Shown piece after piece: positions 22,153 to 31,235 of a stretch of DNA of 64,000 nucleotides; positions within the stretch are counted from its first letter, which is position 1, and each line of letters opens with the position of its first letter. Both the position numbers and the translations under genes were made by a program. The notes beneath the pieces were generated by a model, which saw only the letters and a program-made list of their open reading frames with translations, made no database searches and was not told where the DNA came from. Where the stretch lies: contig JAFTPH010000026.1 in assembly GCA_017463365.1 (NCBI GenBank), positions 620 to 64,619 of the forward strand, written 5' to 3'. Source of the stretch: Bacilli bacterium. Its GTDB lineage: Bacteria; Bacillota_I; Bacilli_A; ML615J-28; CAG-313.

Positions 22153-22827
22153 ATGATTGCTGTAATATGCGCAATGCAAATTGAGGCTGAAGCCTTAATT
22201 CAAAAGCTAGATAATATTACTGAAAAGAAAGTGCTTAATAAAACTTTTTATCAAGGTAGTTTAAATGGAAAAGAAGTGGTTTTAGTAATTTGTGGTATTG
22301 GTAAAGTTGCCGCAGGAATTACAACCGCATTATTGATTGAGCATTTTAAACCAGAGCTTATTATCAATTCAGGAATTGCTGGAGGATATGATAAAGGGCT
22401 AAATACCCTTGATTTGGTAGTGTCTAAAGAAGTTTCTTATTATGATGTAAATTTAACTGCTGATGGAGAAGAATACGGAAAACTTCCAAATATGCCAAAA
22501 TATTTTGAAAGTAGTATTGATGCGGTTGAATCATTAAAAGATATCGATTATCAATATGGTTTAATAGTAACAGCTGATACTTTCGCTGATAACCGTGAAG
22601 TAATAGATAATATTGTATCTAAATACTATCAAAACAAAAAAGTTTTAGCGGTTGATATGGAATCTGCATCTGTTGCTCAAGTTTGTTTTGAAAATAATGT
22701 ACCATTTATTAACTTTAGAGTAATCTCTGATGTTATTGGTGCTGAATCACAAATTGATGGATATTATAACTTTGCCAAAAGTGCTGCAGATAAATCAATT
22801 GAAGCAATTTTAAATATTGTTAAATAA
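22153..22827 (+). CDS. mtnN: 5'-methylthioadenosine/S-adenosylhomocysteine nucleosidase
   Basis: MIAVICAMQIEAEAL...GIGKVAAGITTALLIEHF and ...MESASVAQV motifs of MTA/SAH nucleosidase (Pfs). Confidence 0.9.
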   Translation: MIAVICAMQIEAEALIQKLDNITEKKVLNKTFYQGSLNGKEVVLVICGIGKVAAGITTALLIEHFKPELIINSGIAGGYDKGLNTLDLVVSKEVSYYDVNLTADGEEYGKLPNMPKYFESSIDAVESLKDIDYQYGLIVTADTFADNREVIDNIVSKYYQNKKVLAVDMESASVAQVCFENNVPFINFRVISDVIGAESQIDGYYNFAKSAADKSIEAILNIVK

Positions 22828-22829
22828 TA

Positions 22830-22858
22830 AAACATTCCGTTAGGAATGTTTTTCTTTT
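22830..22858 (+). terminator. Terminator after mtnN
   Basis: AACATTCC-gtta-GGAATGTT followed by TTTCTTTT. Confidence 0.8.
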
Positions 22859-22942
22859 AAAAATAAATTTAAACATAGTTTTTATTGCAATTTTCATCAA
22901 TATATAGTATAATTAAAAGGATGTTATAAAGGAGATATACTT

Positions 22943-24883
22943 ATGGAAAAAACAAATAAGTGTTATGTTACAACCCCAATTTATTATGCAAGTGGAAAAG
23001 TTCACATTGGTAATGCTTATACCACAGTGGCTTGTGATGCCTTTGCGAGATTCGAAAGAATGATGGGGAAAGATGTTAGATATTTAACAGGAATGGATGA
23101 ACATGGATTAAAAATTCAACAATCAGCTGAAAAAGCTGGTGTTACACCACTTGATCATGTTAATTGTATTGCTGCAGAAACTAAAGAACTTTGGAAAAAT
23201 CTAGGTATTACTTATGATGATTTTATCCAAACTACAGAAGTTAGACATACAAAAATTGTTCAAAAAGTTTTTGAACAATTACTTGCTAATGATGATATTT
23301 ACTTAGGTCATTATGAAGGTGATTATTGTGTATCATGTGAAGCATATTTCACAAAAAGTCAATTAGGAGAAGGAAATACTTGTCCAGACTGTGGTAAACC
23401 AACTACTCGTGTTTCAGAAGAAAGTTATTTCTTAAGACTAAAAAAATATGCTGAACCATTACTTGAATACATTAATACTCATCCTGACTTTATTCAACCA
23501 GAAACTCGTCGCAATGAAGTTGTTTCATTTATTGAATCAGGATTAGAAGATTTATGTGTTAGTAGAACTACTTTCACATGGGGTGTTCCAATTCCATCAA
23601 ATCCTAGACATGTTATTTATGTTTGGATTGATGCATTATTTAACTATTTAAGTGCTCTTGGATATGGATCTGATGATGATAGTAATTATCAAAAATATTG
23701 GGTAAATAATGATAAAGTTTGTCATGTTGTAGGAAAAGATATTTTAAGATTCCACGCTGTATATTGGCCAATTATGTTAATGGCTTTAAATATTCCAATT
23801 AATTTTAAACTTTATGTTCATGGTTGGATCTTAATGAAATCTGGTAAAATGAGTAAATCTAAAGGTAATATGGTTTATCCAATGGATTTAGCTGCTAGAT
23901 ATTCAGTTGATGCGGTTAGATATTATTTAACTAAAGAATTACCACTTGGTAATGATGGATTATTTAGTTATGAACGTTTTGTTGAACGTTATAATAATGA
24001 TTTAGCAAATGATTTAGGTAATTTACTTAGCCGTACGGTATCAATGATTAATAAGTACTTTAAAGGTTCACTTTCAAATGAAATTGAAAATACAGATTTT
24101 GATGCTGCTTTAGAAGAAGTGCTTAAAGTGAATGTTGATGAATATAAAAATGAAATGGATTCATTCCATTTACAAAATGCGGTAGGAAAAATTAACAATA
24201 TTGTTTCTCGTGCTAATAAATATATTGATGAAACTACTCCTTGGGTTTTAGCTAAAGATGAGTCTTTAAAAGCAAAACTTGCGAGTGTAATGTATCATTT
24301 AGCTGAAACATTAAGAATTGTTAGTGATATTGTAGCGCCAATTATGCCAAGTGTTGCATTAAAAATTCGTGCATCTTTAGGTTTAACAGAAGCGTTTGAT
24401 GATTTAAAAACATTAGAATATGGTTATAAGTATCAAAATAATGTTGCTGAAAAGGTTGAACCATTATTCAAACGTGTTGATTTAGCAGAAGAACTTGCAT
24501 ATTTTGAAGCACAATCTAAGGCAAAAGAAGTTAAAAAAGAAGAAAAAGAAGAGGAAAAAATCCCTGAGATAACTATTGATGATTTCGCGAAAGTTTCACT
24601 AAAAATTGGGGAAATCAAAGAATGTAAGAAACATCCTAATGCGGAAAAATTACTTGTTTCACAAATTCAAATTGGAAATGAAACACGTCAAATTGTTTCA
24701 GGAATTGCTAAATACTATGATCCAACAGAACTTGTTGGTAAAAAAGTAGTAGTAGTTACTAATTTAAAACCGGTTAAAATTAGAGGAGTTGAATCATTTG
24801 GTATGGTTCTTTGTGCCTCAGATGAAAATGATTTAGAATTATTGGAAGTTAAAAAATTAGAAAATGGTAGTGTAGTTAGATAA
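22943..24883 (+). CDS. metG: Methionyl-tRNA synthetase with C-terminal tRNA-binding (EMAP/Trbp111-like) domain
   Basis: HIGH-type motif (KVHIGNAYT), KMSKS motif, Zn-knuckle CxxC...CPDC, and C-terminal ...VVVVTNLKPVKIRGVESFGMVLCA. Promoter TTGCAA-17-TATAAT at ~22888-22916. Confidence 0.95.
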   Translation: MEKTNKCYVTTPIYYASGKVHIGNAYTTVACDAFARFERMMGKDVRYLTGMDEHGLKIQQSAEKAGVTPLDHVNCIAAETKELWKNLGITYDDFIQTTEVRHTKIVQKVFEQLLANDDIYLGHYEGDYCVSCEAYFTKSQLGEGNTCPDCGKPTTRVSEESYFLRLKKYAEPLLEYINTHPDFIQPETRRNEVVSFIESGLEDLCVSRTTFTWGVPIPSNPRHVIYVWIDALFNYLSALGYGSDDDSNYQKYWVNNDKVCHVVGKDILRFHAVYWPIMLMALNIPINFKLYVHGWILMKSGKMSKSKGNMVYPMDLAARYSVDAVRYYLTKELPLGNDGLFSYERFVERYNNDLANDLGNLLSRTVSMINKYFKGSLSNEIENTDFDAALEEVLKVNVDEYKNEMDSFHLQNAVGKINNIVSRANKYIDETTPWVLAKDESLKAKLASVMYHLAETLRIVSDIVAPIMPSVALKIRASLGLTEAFDDLKTLEYGYKYQNNVAEKVEPLFKRVDLAEELAYFEAQSKAKEVKKEEKEEEKIPEITIDDFAKVSLKIGEIKECKKHPNAEKLLVSQIQIGNETRQIVSGIAKYYDPTELVGKKVVVVTNLKPVKIRGVESFGMVLCASDENDLELLEVKKLENGSVVR

Positions 24884-24898
24884 TTATCGAGGAATTAT

Positions 24899-25843
24899 AT
24901 GGAACAGACTAAAAAGAAAATATTAGACTTTTTTGATCAAAGAACTAGACATTCTTTATTATTGACTATTGTTGGAACATTAATTTATTCGGCTGCTGTT
25001 GTATGGCTTTTAAACCTTGGAGATTTCTTTGCTGGAGGAATTACTGGTATTTCTCAGTTAATTTCTAGATTTGTTTGGGGTAAAGTTACACCAATTGTTG
25101 GTTTATTTATTGGATTAATTAATTTACCGCTTTTCTTATTTGGAACAAAAGGAGTAAGTAAAAAGTTTGCGATTTTGACATTAATATCTGTCGGATTACA
25201 AACTGTTGTGGTAGCTTTTTTCCAATTCGTTGCTGATGCAGGATTTAATCCGTTAAAAGATTTTATTGGTGTTGTAACAGAAAATGGTGTCGAATTTGAC
25301 AGTGGTGCTAGACTTTTAGTGGCTATTTTAGGTGGAGCTGTATCAGGGTACGGAATATCTTTATGCTTAAAAGCAGGTGGATCAAGTGGTGGGATGGATG
25401 TAATCGCAAACTACTTACTTGTTAAGAAAAATATTTCGTTTGCGAAATACTCATTTATCGTTGATTTAATTATTATTGCTTGTGCATCAATTATTAGTAT
25501 TGAAACTTCTTTATTTACTATTGTACGATTAATTTGTTCAAGTATTGTTGTTGCTAATTTTTACACATCATATCGTATGATGAAATTACAAATTATCACA
25601 AGCACTGATAAAATGGAAGCATTGCGTACTAATATTCTTCAAAGGTTCCATCATGGTATTACTATTTATGATGTTGTAGGTGGTTATACAATGGAACCGC
25701 GTAAGATGATGGAAATAGTTCTTTCAATGTATGAAGTAGATGAATATATAAATTATATTGAAAAAGAAGATCCTAAAGCTTTTATTGAAGTATCGGAATT
25801 AAAGAATCTACGAGGAAATTATAAGAAGAGAACGGTTGTTTAA
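24899..25843 (+). CDS. YitT-family membrane protein (DUF161 + C-terminal DUF2179)
   Basis: Polytopic N-terminus with GG..G motifs and a C-terminal soluble domain (...HHGITIYDVVGGYT...). Confidence 0.7.
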   Translation: MEQTKKKILDFFDQRTRHSLLLTIVGTLIYSAAVVWLLNLGDFFAGGITGISQLISRFVWGKVTPIVGLFIGLINLPLFLFGTKGVSKKFAILTLISVGLQTVVVAFFQFVADAGFNPLKDFIGVVTENGVEFDSGARLLVAILGGAVSGYGISLCLKAGGSSGGMDVIANYLLVKKNISFAKYSFIVDLIIIACASIISIETSLFTIVRLICSSIVVANFYTSYRMMKLQIITSTDKMEALRTNILQRFHHGITIYDVVGGYTMEPRKMMEIVLSMYEVDEYINYIEKEDPKAFIEVSELKNLRGNYKKRTVV

Positions 25844-26037
25844 ACTGTTCTTTTTTCTCTAAAATAAAATTAAAAAATAATATATTATATAATTTGACAA
25901 ATTTTAGTTGTTAGTGTATAATACATACGATACATTTTGAAAAGAAAACCCACATTGCCCTCTACAATCGTTTTTAGAGGACAACATTCTTTGAAACGAT
26001 TTAAAATTAATTGAAGAAATTATGGAGGAAAATGAAA
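25844..26037 (+). promoter_or_regulatory. rplM-rpsI promoter and structured 5' leader (candidate L13-leader-type autoregulatory RNA)
   Basis: TTGACA-17-TATAAT at ~25893-25921. ~115-nt leader with hairpin CCCTCTA...TAGAGG upstream of the rplM RBS. Confidence 0.4.
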
Positions 26038-26475
26038 ATGCGCTCAACATTTATGGCGAAAAAAGAAACTATTGAACGTAAGTGGTACGTTGTTGATGCT
26101 CAAGATTTAGTATTAGGACGTATGGCTGCGGATGTTGCAACTGTATTAAGAGGAAAACATAAACCAATCTTCACTCCACATGTAGATTGTGGTGATTATG
26201 TAATTATCGTTAATGCAGAAAAAATTGCTTTAACAGGAGCAAAATGGCAAAAGAAAGAATATGTACGTCACAGTGGATATCCTGGTGGATTAAAGGTGCG
26301 TACAGCTACTGAAATGCTTGAAAAACAACCACAAAAGATTGTTGAAAAAGCAGTAAGAGGAATGCTTCCAAAAGGTAAACTTGGTGATGATATGTACCGT
26401 CGTTTATTTGTATACGTTGGTCCAGAACATAAACAAGCTGCTCAAAAACCAGAACCATTCCCAACAGTTAAATAA
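26038..26475 (+). CDS. rplM: 50S ribosomal protein L13
   Basis: [21 protein letters not shown]... is the typical L13 N-terminus. GGAGG 8 nt upstream. The ORF track starts at an upstream TTG (26011). Confidence 0.95.
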   Translation: MRSTFMAKKETIERKWYVVDAQDLVLGRMAADVATVLRGKHKPIFTPHVDCGDYVIIVNAEKIALTGAKWQKKEYVRHSGYPGGLKVRTATEMLEKQPQKIVEKAVRGMLPKGKLGDDMYRRLFVYVGPEHKQAAQKPEPFPTVK

Positions 26476-26489
26476 GGAGGAAAAACGAA

Positions 26490-26882
26490 ATGGAAAAAGC
26501 ATCATATCAAGCTACAGGTCGTCGTAAGAGTTCAGTTGCTCGTGTACGTATGGTACCTGGTACAGGTAAATTTGAAGTTAATGGACGTAATTTCGTAGAA
26601 TACATTCCTTCAGCAGCAATCAGATTAGACGTACTTCAACCATTAAACTTAACAACTACAGGAGATCAATATGATATCTATGTAAATGTTTGTGGTGGTG
26701 GTATTAGTGGTCAAGCTGGAGCTATTCGTTTAGGAATTAGCCGTGCTTTATTACTAGTAAACCCTGATTATCGTAGTACATTAAAGAAAGCAGGACTTCT
26801 TACTCGTGACCCTCGTTCTATTGAACGTAAAAAATATGGTCTACACAAAGCTCGTCGTGCACCACAATTCTCAAAACGTTAG
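26490..26882 (+). CDS. rpsI: 30S ribosomal protein S9
   Basis: 130 aa ending ...[14 protein letters not shown], the canonical S9 C-terminus. Confidence 0.95.
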   Translation: MEKASYQATGRRKSSVARVRMVPGTGKFEVNGRNFVEYIPSAAIRLDVLQPLNLTTTGDQYDIYVNVCGGGISGQAGAIRLGISRALLLVNPDYRSTLKKAGLLTRDPRSIERKKYGLHKARRAPQFSKR

Positions 26883-26944
26883 TCAGTATCTACATTGGTT
26901 TGCTAAAATCAACAACAATTATCGATATTGTTAAAGACGCTAAG

Positions 26945-26980
26945 TTAAGACCACAATTTAATTGTGGTCTTATTTATTTA
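26945..26980 (+). terminator. Terminator after rpsI
   Basis: AAGACCACAATT-taat-TGTGGTCTTATTTATTT. Confidence 0.75.
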
Positions 26981-27000
26981 AAAATGAAAGGAAGATGGTT

Positions 27001-28341
27001 ATGCAAATAAAATTATATAACTCACTAACTAATAAAATTGAAGATTTTAAACCTATTAAAGAAGGGGAAGTATCAATGTATGTTTGTGGACCAACGGTTT
27101 ACAATGATATTCACATTGGAAATGCTCGTCCAGTTGTTTTCTTTGATATGGTACATCGATTCTTTGATTACTTAGGATATAATGTTAAATATGTTTCTAA
27201 TTTTACAGATATTGATGATAAAATTATCAAAAAAGCTTCAGAATTGAGTATAACTGAAGAAGAGGTTGCGGAAAAATATATTAACGCATATTTAGATGTG
27301 TGTCGTGGTTTTAATTGTATGCCATACTATGCTAATCCTCGTGTAACTAATACAATTGATCAAATTACAGATTATATTAAACAATTAGTAGATTTAGGCT
27401 ATGCATATCAAAGTGGAGATAATGTTTATTTTAGAGTGCGTAAAGCTAAACAATATGGGATTTTAAGTAATCAACAATTAGATAATTTAGAAGCTGGTTC
27501 AAGAATTAGCATTGAATCTGGTAAAGAAGATCCAAGTGATTTCGTATTATGGAAATTAACTAGTGATGATGGAAAAAAATGGAATAGTCCATTTGGAAAG
27601 GGACGTCCTGGTTGGCACACAGAATGTTGTGTAATGATTAATGATATTTTTAAAGGTCAAATAGACATTCATGGTGGAGGTAATGATTTAAAATTCCCGC
27701 ATCATGAAAATGAAATTGCTCAAGAAATGTGTATGCATGATTCAACAATTGCAAATTATTGGTTACATAATGCTCGTATTGATTTGGCAGGAGAAAAAAT
27801 GAGTAAGTCATTAGGTAATGTTGTTTGGGCTAAAGATTTACTTGAAAAATATCCATATCAAGCGGTTAGATTAATGATTCTTAGTAATCATTATCGCCAA
27901 AGTATTGCTTATAAAGAAGATTTAATTGAAAGAAGTTGTACTGAATGGGAAAAAATCAACAGAGCATACTTAAGTTTACATCGTGAACTTGAACTAGCAG
28001 ATGTGAATTTTGAAGGTGCAGAAGAAGTATTTTTACCTGAATTCTTAAACAATATGGCTGATGATTTTAATACTCCAAATGCATTTACAACAATGTTTAA
28101 ATTATTAAAAGAAATTAATACATCAATGCGAACTGCAGTTAAAGATTATCAAGTTTTAGCAACATATAAAAACTCTTTATCAGCAATGTTGAATATTTTA
28201 GGAATGATTCCTGATGTTAAACCTTTAAATAAAGAAGAAAAAGAAATATTACTTGCTTGGAAAAAAGCAAGAGCTGAAAAGAATTTTGAACTTGCTGATG
28301 AACTTCGTGCAAAAATTACAGAAATGGGAATTAAATTTTAA
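27001..28341 (+). CDS. cysS: Cysteinyl-tRNA synthetase
   Basis: MQIKLYNSLTNK...YVCGPTVYNDIHIGNAR (HIGH) and KMSKSLGN motifs. RBS AAAGGAAG. The ORF track starts upstream at 26962. Confidence 0.95.
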   Translation: MQIKLYNSLTNKIEDFKPIKEGEVSMYVCGPTVYNDIHIGNARPVVFFDMVHRFFDYLGYNVKYVSNFTDIDDKIIKKASELSITEEEVAEKYINAYLDVCRGFNCMPYYANPRVTNTIDQITDYIKQLVDLGYAYQSGDNVYFRVRKAKQYGILSNQQLDNLEAGSRISIESGKEDPSDFVLWKLTSDDGKKWNSPFGKGRPGWHTECCVMINDIFKGQIDIHGGGNDLKFPHHENEIAQEMCMHDSTIANYWLHNARIDLAGEKMSKSLGNVVWAKDLLEKYPYQAVRLMILSNHYRQSIAYKEDLIERSCTEWEKINRAYLSLHRELELADVNFEGAEEVFLPEFLNNMADDFNTPNAFTTMFKLLKEINTSMRTAVKDYQVLATYKNSLSAMLNILGMIPDVKPLNKEEKEILLAWKKARAEKNFELADELRAKITEMGIKF

Positions 28342-28745
28342 TGGAAAAAGAACTTCCAAATAAATATGAATTACTAAGTGGAGCTAATCTTGCTTTTATC
28401 GGTGATGCATATTATGAACTTAGAATTAGAAAATATTTGATAGATAATAAGATAACTAAAAGTAATGAACTTAAAAATTTAAGTGTAAAATATGTTAGTG
28501 CTCATGCTCACTACTTGATTTGTACTGTTTTATTGGATATGTTAACAGAAACTGAAAAAACTATTTACAAAAGAGGTAGAAATGGAGCTCATCATAATTA
28601 CCGTAGAAACTTAGATTATAATGAATATAATTGTTCAACAGGTTTTGAGGCAGTTATTGGTTATTTATATTTACAACAAGATTTTAAACGTTTAGATGAA
28701 TTGATTGAATTATCTATTAAAATTATTGAAGAGGGTAAGATATGA
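28341..28745 (+). CDS. mrnC: Mini-ribonuclease III
   Basis: LAFIGDAYYELRIR (RNase III signature). 134 aa. Lies between cysS and rlmB as in B. subtilis (yazC). Confidence 0.9.
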   Translation: MEKELPNKYELLSGANLAFIGDAYYELRIRKYLIDNKITKSNELKNLSVKYVSAHAHYLICTVLLDMLTETEKTIYKRGRNGAHHNYRRNLDYNEYNCSTGFEAVIGYLYLQQDFKRLDELIELSIKIIEEGKI

Positions 28746-29458
28746 TTATAGTAGGAAAAAATCCCATTGTGGAAGCAATTAGAAATAAACGTAATATTAG
28801 TAAATTAATAGTTGCTGAAAACTTAAAAGATCAAAGTTTTTTAAAATTACTTAAAGATAATCGTCTTAAATATGAAGTTCTTCCTCAACATGTTATTACT
28901 AAAAAATATGGTGATAAAAATGGAGGGATTGTTGCGGAAATAATCGAATATGATTATGCGACATTAGATGAGGTTTTAAGAAAAACTAGTAAAAAACAAG
29001 ATGGTGGAGTATTAATGATTTTGGATGGTCTAGAAGACCCTCACAATTTAGGTGCAATTTTAAGAAGTGCTGATGCTACAGGGGCAGATGCAATTATCAT
29101 CCCTAAAAATCGTAGTGTTAGTTTGAATCAAACAGTTGCGAAAGTATCAACTGGAGCGATTGAATATGTCGATGTAGTTCAAGTTACTAATCTAACTCAA
29201 ACAATTCAAGAACTAAAGAAGAATGGTTATTGGGTAATTGGTTTAGAACTTGATGGGACAATTGACTTTAAACAACAAGATTATCATGGGAATATTGCGG
29301 TTGTAGTAGGATCAGAAGGCAAGGGAATTTCAAGATTGGTTAAAGAAAATTGTGATATTTTAGTTAAAATACCAATGTATGGTAAAGTTAATTCTTTAAA
29401 TGCATCAGTAAGTGCAGGATTAATTTTGTACGAAATTGTTCGTAATCGGAAGGCGTAA
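28742..29458 (+). CDS. rlmB: 23S rRNA (guanosine2251-2'-O)-methyltransferase RlmB (SpoU family)
   Basis: SpoU/TrmH motifs (ILDGLEDPHNLGAILRSADATG...VVGSEGKGIS...NSLNASVSAGLILYE). Start ATG overlaps the mrnC TGA. Confidence 0.9.
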   Translation: MIIVGKNPIVEAIRNKRNISKLIVAENLKDQSFLKLLKDNRLKYEVLPQHVITKKYGDKNGGIVAEIIEYDYATLDEVLRKTSKKQDGGVLMILDGLEDPHNLGAILRSADATGADAIIIPKNRSVSLNQTVAKVSTGAIEYVDVVQVTNLTQTIQELKKNGYWVIGLELDGTIDFKQQDYHGNIAVVVGSEGKGISRLVKENCDILVKIPMYGKVNSLNASVSAGLILYEIVRNRKA

Positions 29459-29985
29459 TGAGTGAATTTGGAAAAATAAATGATAACGAATTATTATATC
29501 TAATTCAAGAAGGTAGCGAAGAAGCCTTAGAGTTGATGTTTCAAAAATATGATCCCCTTATTAAAACTAAAATGAAGAGATTTAAGATTGAAGCAGATAT
29601 TGCGGAAGATTGCTTACAAGAAGGAAGATTAATGCTTCTTAAAGCGATAAAACTGTATGATGCATCATCTAATAAAACATTCAATAAATATTTTGATTTA
29701 ATACTTACTAATCGATTAATATCTTTGTTAAGGGAAAATAAACGTAAAGATAATATTACATATATGACAGAAGAGATAGAAGATGCCAATAACAGAGAAA
29801 ATAAAGAACTTGAAAATTTTGATTATTCTAAACTAAAATTGTCAGATATGGAAAAAGAAATATACAAAATGAGATTTCTTAGAAATTTCAAAGTATCAGA
29901 TATTTGTCAGATATTAAAAGTCTCGGAAAAAACAGTTTATAATTCAATTCAAAGAATTAAAAATAAACTTGATGAGTTAAAATAA
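29458..29985 (+). CDS. sigH: Sigma-70 family sigma factor, SigH-like (short)
   Basis: Sigma region 2 (...LMFQKYDPLIKTKMKRF...) and region 4 HTH (...KVSDICQILKVSEKTVYNSIQRIKNKL). Position between rlmB and rpmG-secE-nusG matches B. subtilis sigH. Confidence 0.75.
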   Translation: MSEFGKINDNELLYLIQEGSEEALELMFQKYDPLIKTKMKRFKIEADIAEDCLQEGRLMLLKAIKLYDASSNKTFNKYFDLILTNRLISLLRENKRKDNITYMTEEIEDANNRENKELENFDYSKLKLSDMEKEIYKMRFLRNFKVSDICQILKVSEKTVYNSIQRIKNKLDELK

Positions 29986-30001
29986 AAATAGGTATTAATA
30001 T

Positions 30002-30030
30002 ATTTGACAAATAGAACAAAATTTGGTAAA
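30002..30030 (+). promoter_or_regulatory. Sigma-A-type promoter for rpmG-secE-nusG
   Basis: TTGACA-17-TAAAAT upstream of rpmG. Confidence 0.5.
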
Positions 30031-30051
30031 ATTATAAAAGCGGGTGATATC

Positions 30052-30201
30052 ATGAGAGAAAAAGTTATTCTTGTTTGTGAAGAATGTCTTTCACGAAATT
30101 ACACAACTGAAAAGAATAAGTTGAACACAACTGAACGTGTTATAATGAAAAAATTCTGTAAAAAGTGCAACAAACATACTGTGCACAAAGAAACTAAATA
30201 G
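30052..30201 (+). CDS. rpmG: 50S ribosomal protein L33
   Basis: [23 protein letters not shown]...[16 protein letters not shown] with the four-Cys zinc ribbon. The ORF track starts upstream at 30004. Confidence 0.9.
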   Translation: MREKVILVCEECLSRNYTTEKNKLNTTERVIMKKFCKKCNKHTVHKETK

Positions 30202-30213
30202 GAGGACATTAAG

Positions 30214-30618
30214 ATGTCAGAACAAAAAGTTAAAAAAGAAAAAAAGGGTGCAATGTCATTTTTAAGTAAAGAATACAAATATGAAAATTTAATTCTTGCT
30301 TTTATTGCTCTTTTCGCAATCGTTTTAGGGGTTTTAATTATCTCTGGAGCATTAGTAGTTGATTCAGGACTATTCTTAATTGGAAGTTATCCGAAAGTAT
30401 TCGCTTGGATCTTAGTAGGTTTAGGAGCAATATCTTTATTATTAGTAGTTTATCCATTCTACAAACCTTCATTTGATGAAGCTAAACATATTAAAGGTTT
30501 AAAGAGAAGTGAATTCTTAATTAACATTGTACGTGTATTAGTATTTATTGTTGTACTTGCATTATTCTTCTTTGTATGTGATTTAGCTTTAGATCCTTTA
30601 ATGCAATTATTTAAGTAG
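30214..30618 (+). CDS. secE: Preprotein translocase subunit SecE (N-terminally extended, 3-TM form)
   Basis: C-terminal region KHIKGLKRSEFLINIVRVLVFIVVLALFFFVCDLALD matches the SecE core TM. Lies between rpmG and nusG. 134 aa versus ~60 aa in most Bacillota. Confidence 0.8.
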   Translation: MSEQKVKKEKKGAMSFLSKEYKYENLILAFIALFAIVLGVLIISGALVVDSGLFLIGSYPKVFAWILVGLGAISLLLVVYPFYKPSFDEAKHIKGLKRSEFLINIVRVLVFIVVLALFFFVCDLALDPLMQLFK

Positions 30619-30627
30619 GAACGATAA

Positions 30628-31176
30628 ATGGCATACGAAAATGAAAGAGCGTGGTACGTTATCCAATCTTATTCAGGAATGGAAAACGCTGCGAAAACTA
30701 ATTTAGAAAGACGTATTAAATCAATGAATATGGAAAATTATATTTTCCGTGTGTTAATTCCCGAAACAATTCGTTTAGAAAAGAAGAAAAATGGTGAAAT
30801 GAAAGAAGTTGTTGAAAAACAATTTCCAGGTTACATTTTTGTTGATATGATTGTAACTGATGAATCATGGTTCGTTGTTCGTAATACACCAATGGTTACA
30901 GGATTCTTGGGTTCAAGTGGTGGAGGAGCTAAACCAGTACCTCTATCTAATGATGAAATTATTCCAATTCTTAAGAGCTGTGGTATTACATTAGAAGTGG
31001 CAACAAAATTCCAAGTTGGAGATAAAGTTCGTGTACTAACTGGTACATTTGTTGGACAAGAAGCAACAGTTGAAAAAATGGATCTTGAAAAACAAGAAGT
31101 TACTATTTTAGTGGATTTCTTCGGAAGACAAACACCTACTGAAATCAGTTTTGACGAAGTAGAAAAAGTGGAATAA
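30628..31176 (+). CDS. nusG: Transcription termination/antitermination factor NusG
   Basis: NGN domain (WYVIQSYSGMENAA...) and KOW domain (FQVGDKVRVLTGTFVGQEATVEKMD). Confidence 0.95.
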   Translation: MAYENERAWYVIQSYSGMENAAKTNLERRIKSMNMENYIFRVLIPETIRLEKKKNGEMKEVVEKQFPGYIFVDMIVTDESWFVVRNTPMVTGFLGSSGGGAKPVPLSNDEIIPILKSCGITLEVATKFQVGDKVRVLTGTFVGQEATVEKMDLEKQEVTILVDFFGRQTPTEISFDEVEKVE

Positions 31177-31177
31177 T

Positions 31178-31204
31178 AGATGTGCGAAAGCGCATCTTTT
31201 TATT
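31178..31204 (+). terminator. Terminator after nusG
   Basis: GATGTGCG-aaa-GCGCATC followed by TTTTTATTTT. Confidence 0.8.
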
Positions 31205-31235
31205 TTGTAAAAAAAGTAGAAGCAATTGCTTCTAC
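31203..31235 (-). terminator. Terminator of the antisense vWA lipoprotein gene
   Basis: On the minus strand, GTAGAAGCAATTGCTTCTAC followed by TTTTTTTAC. Lies immediately 3' of the stop at 31236. Confidence 0.75.
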
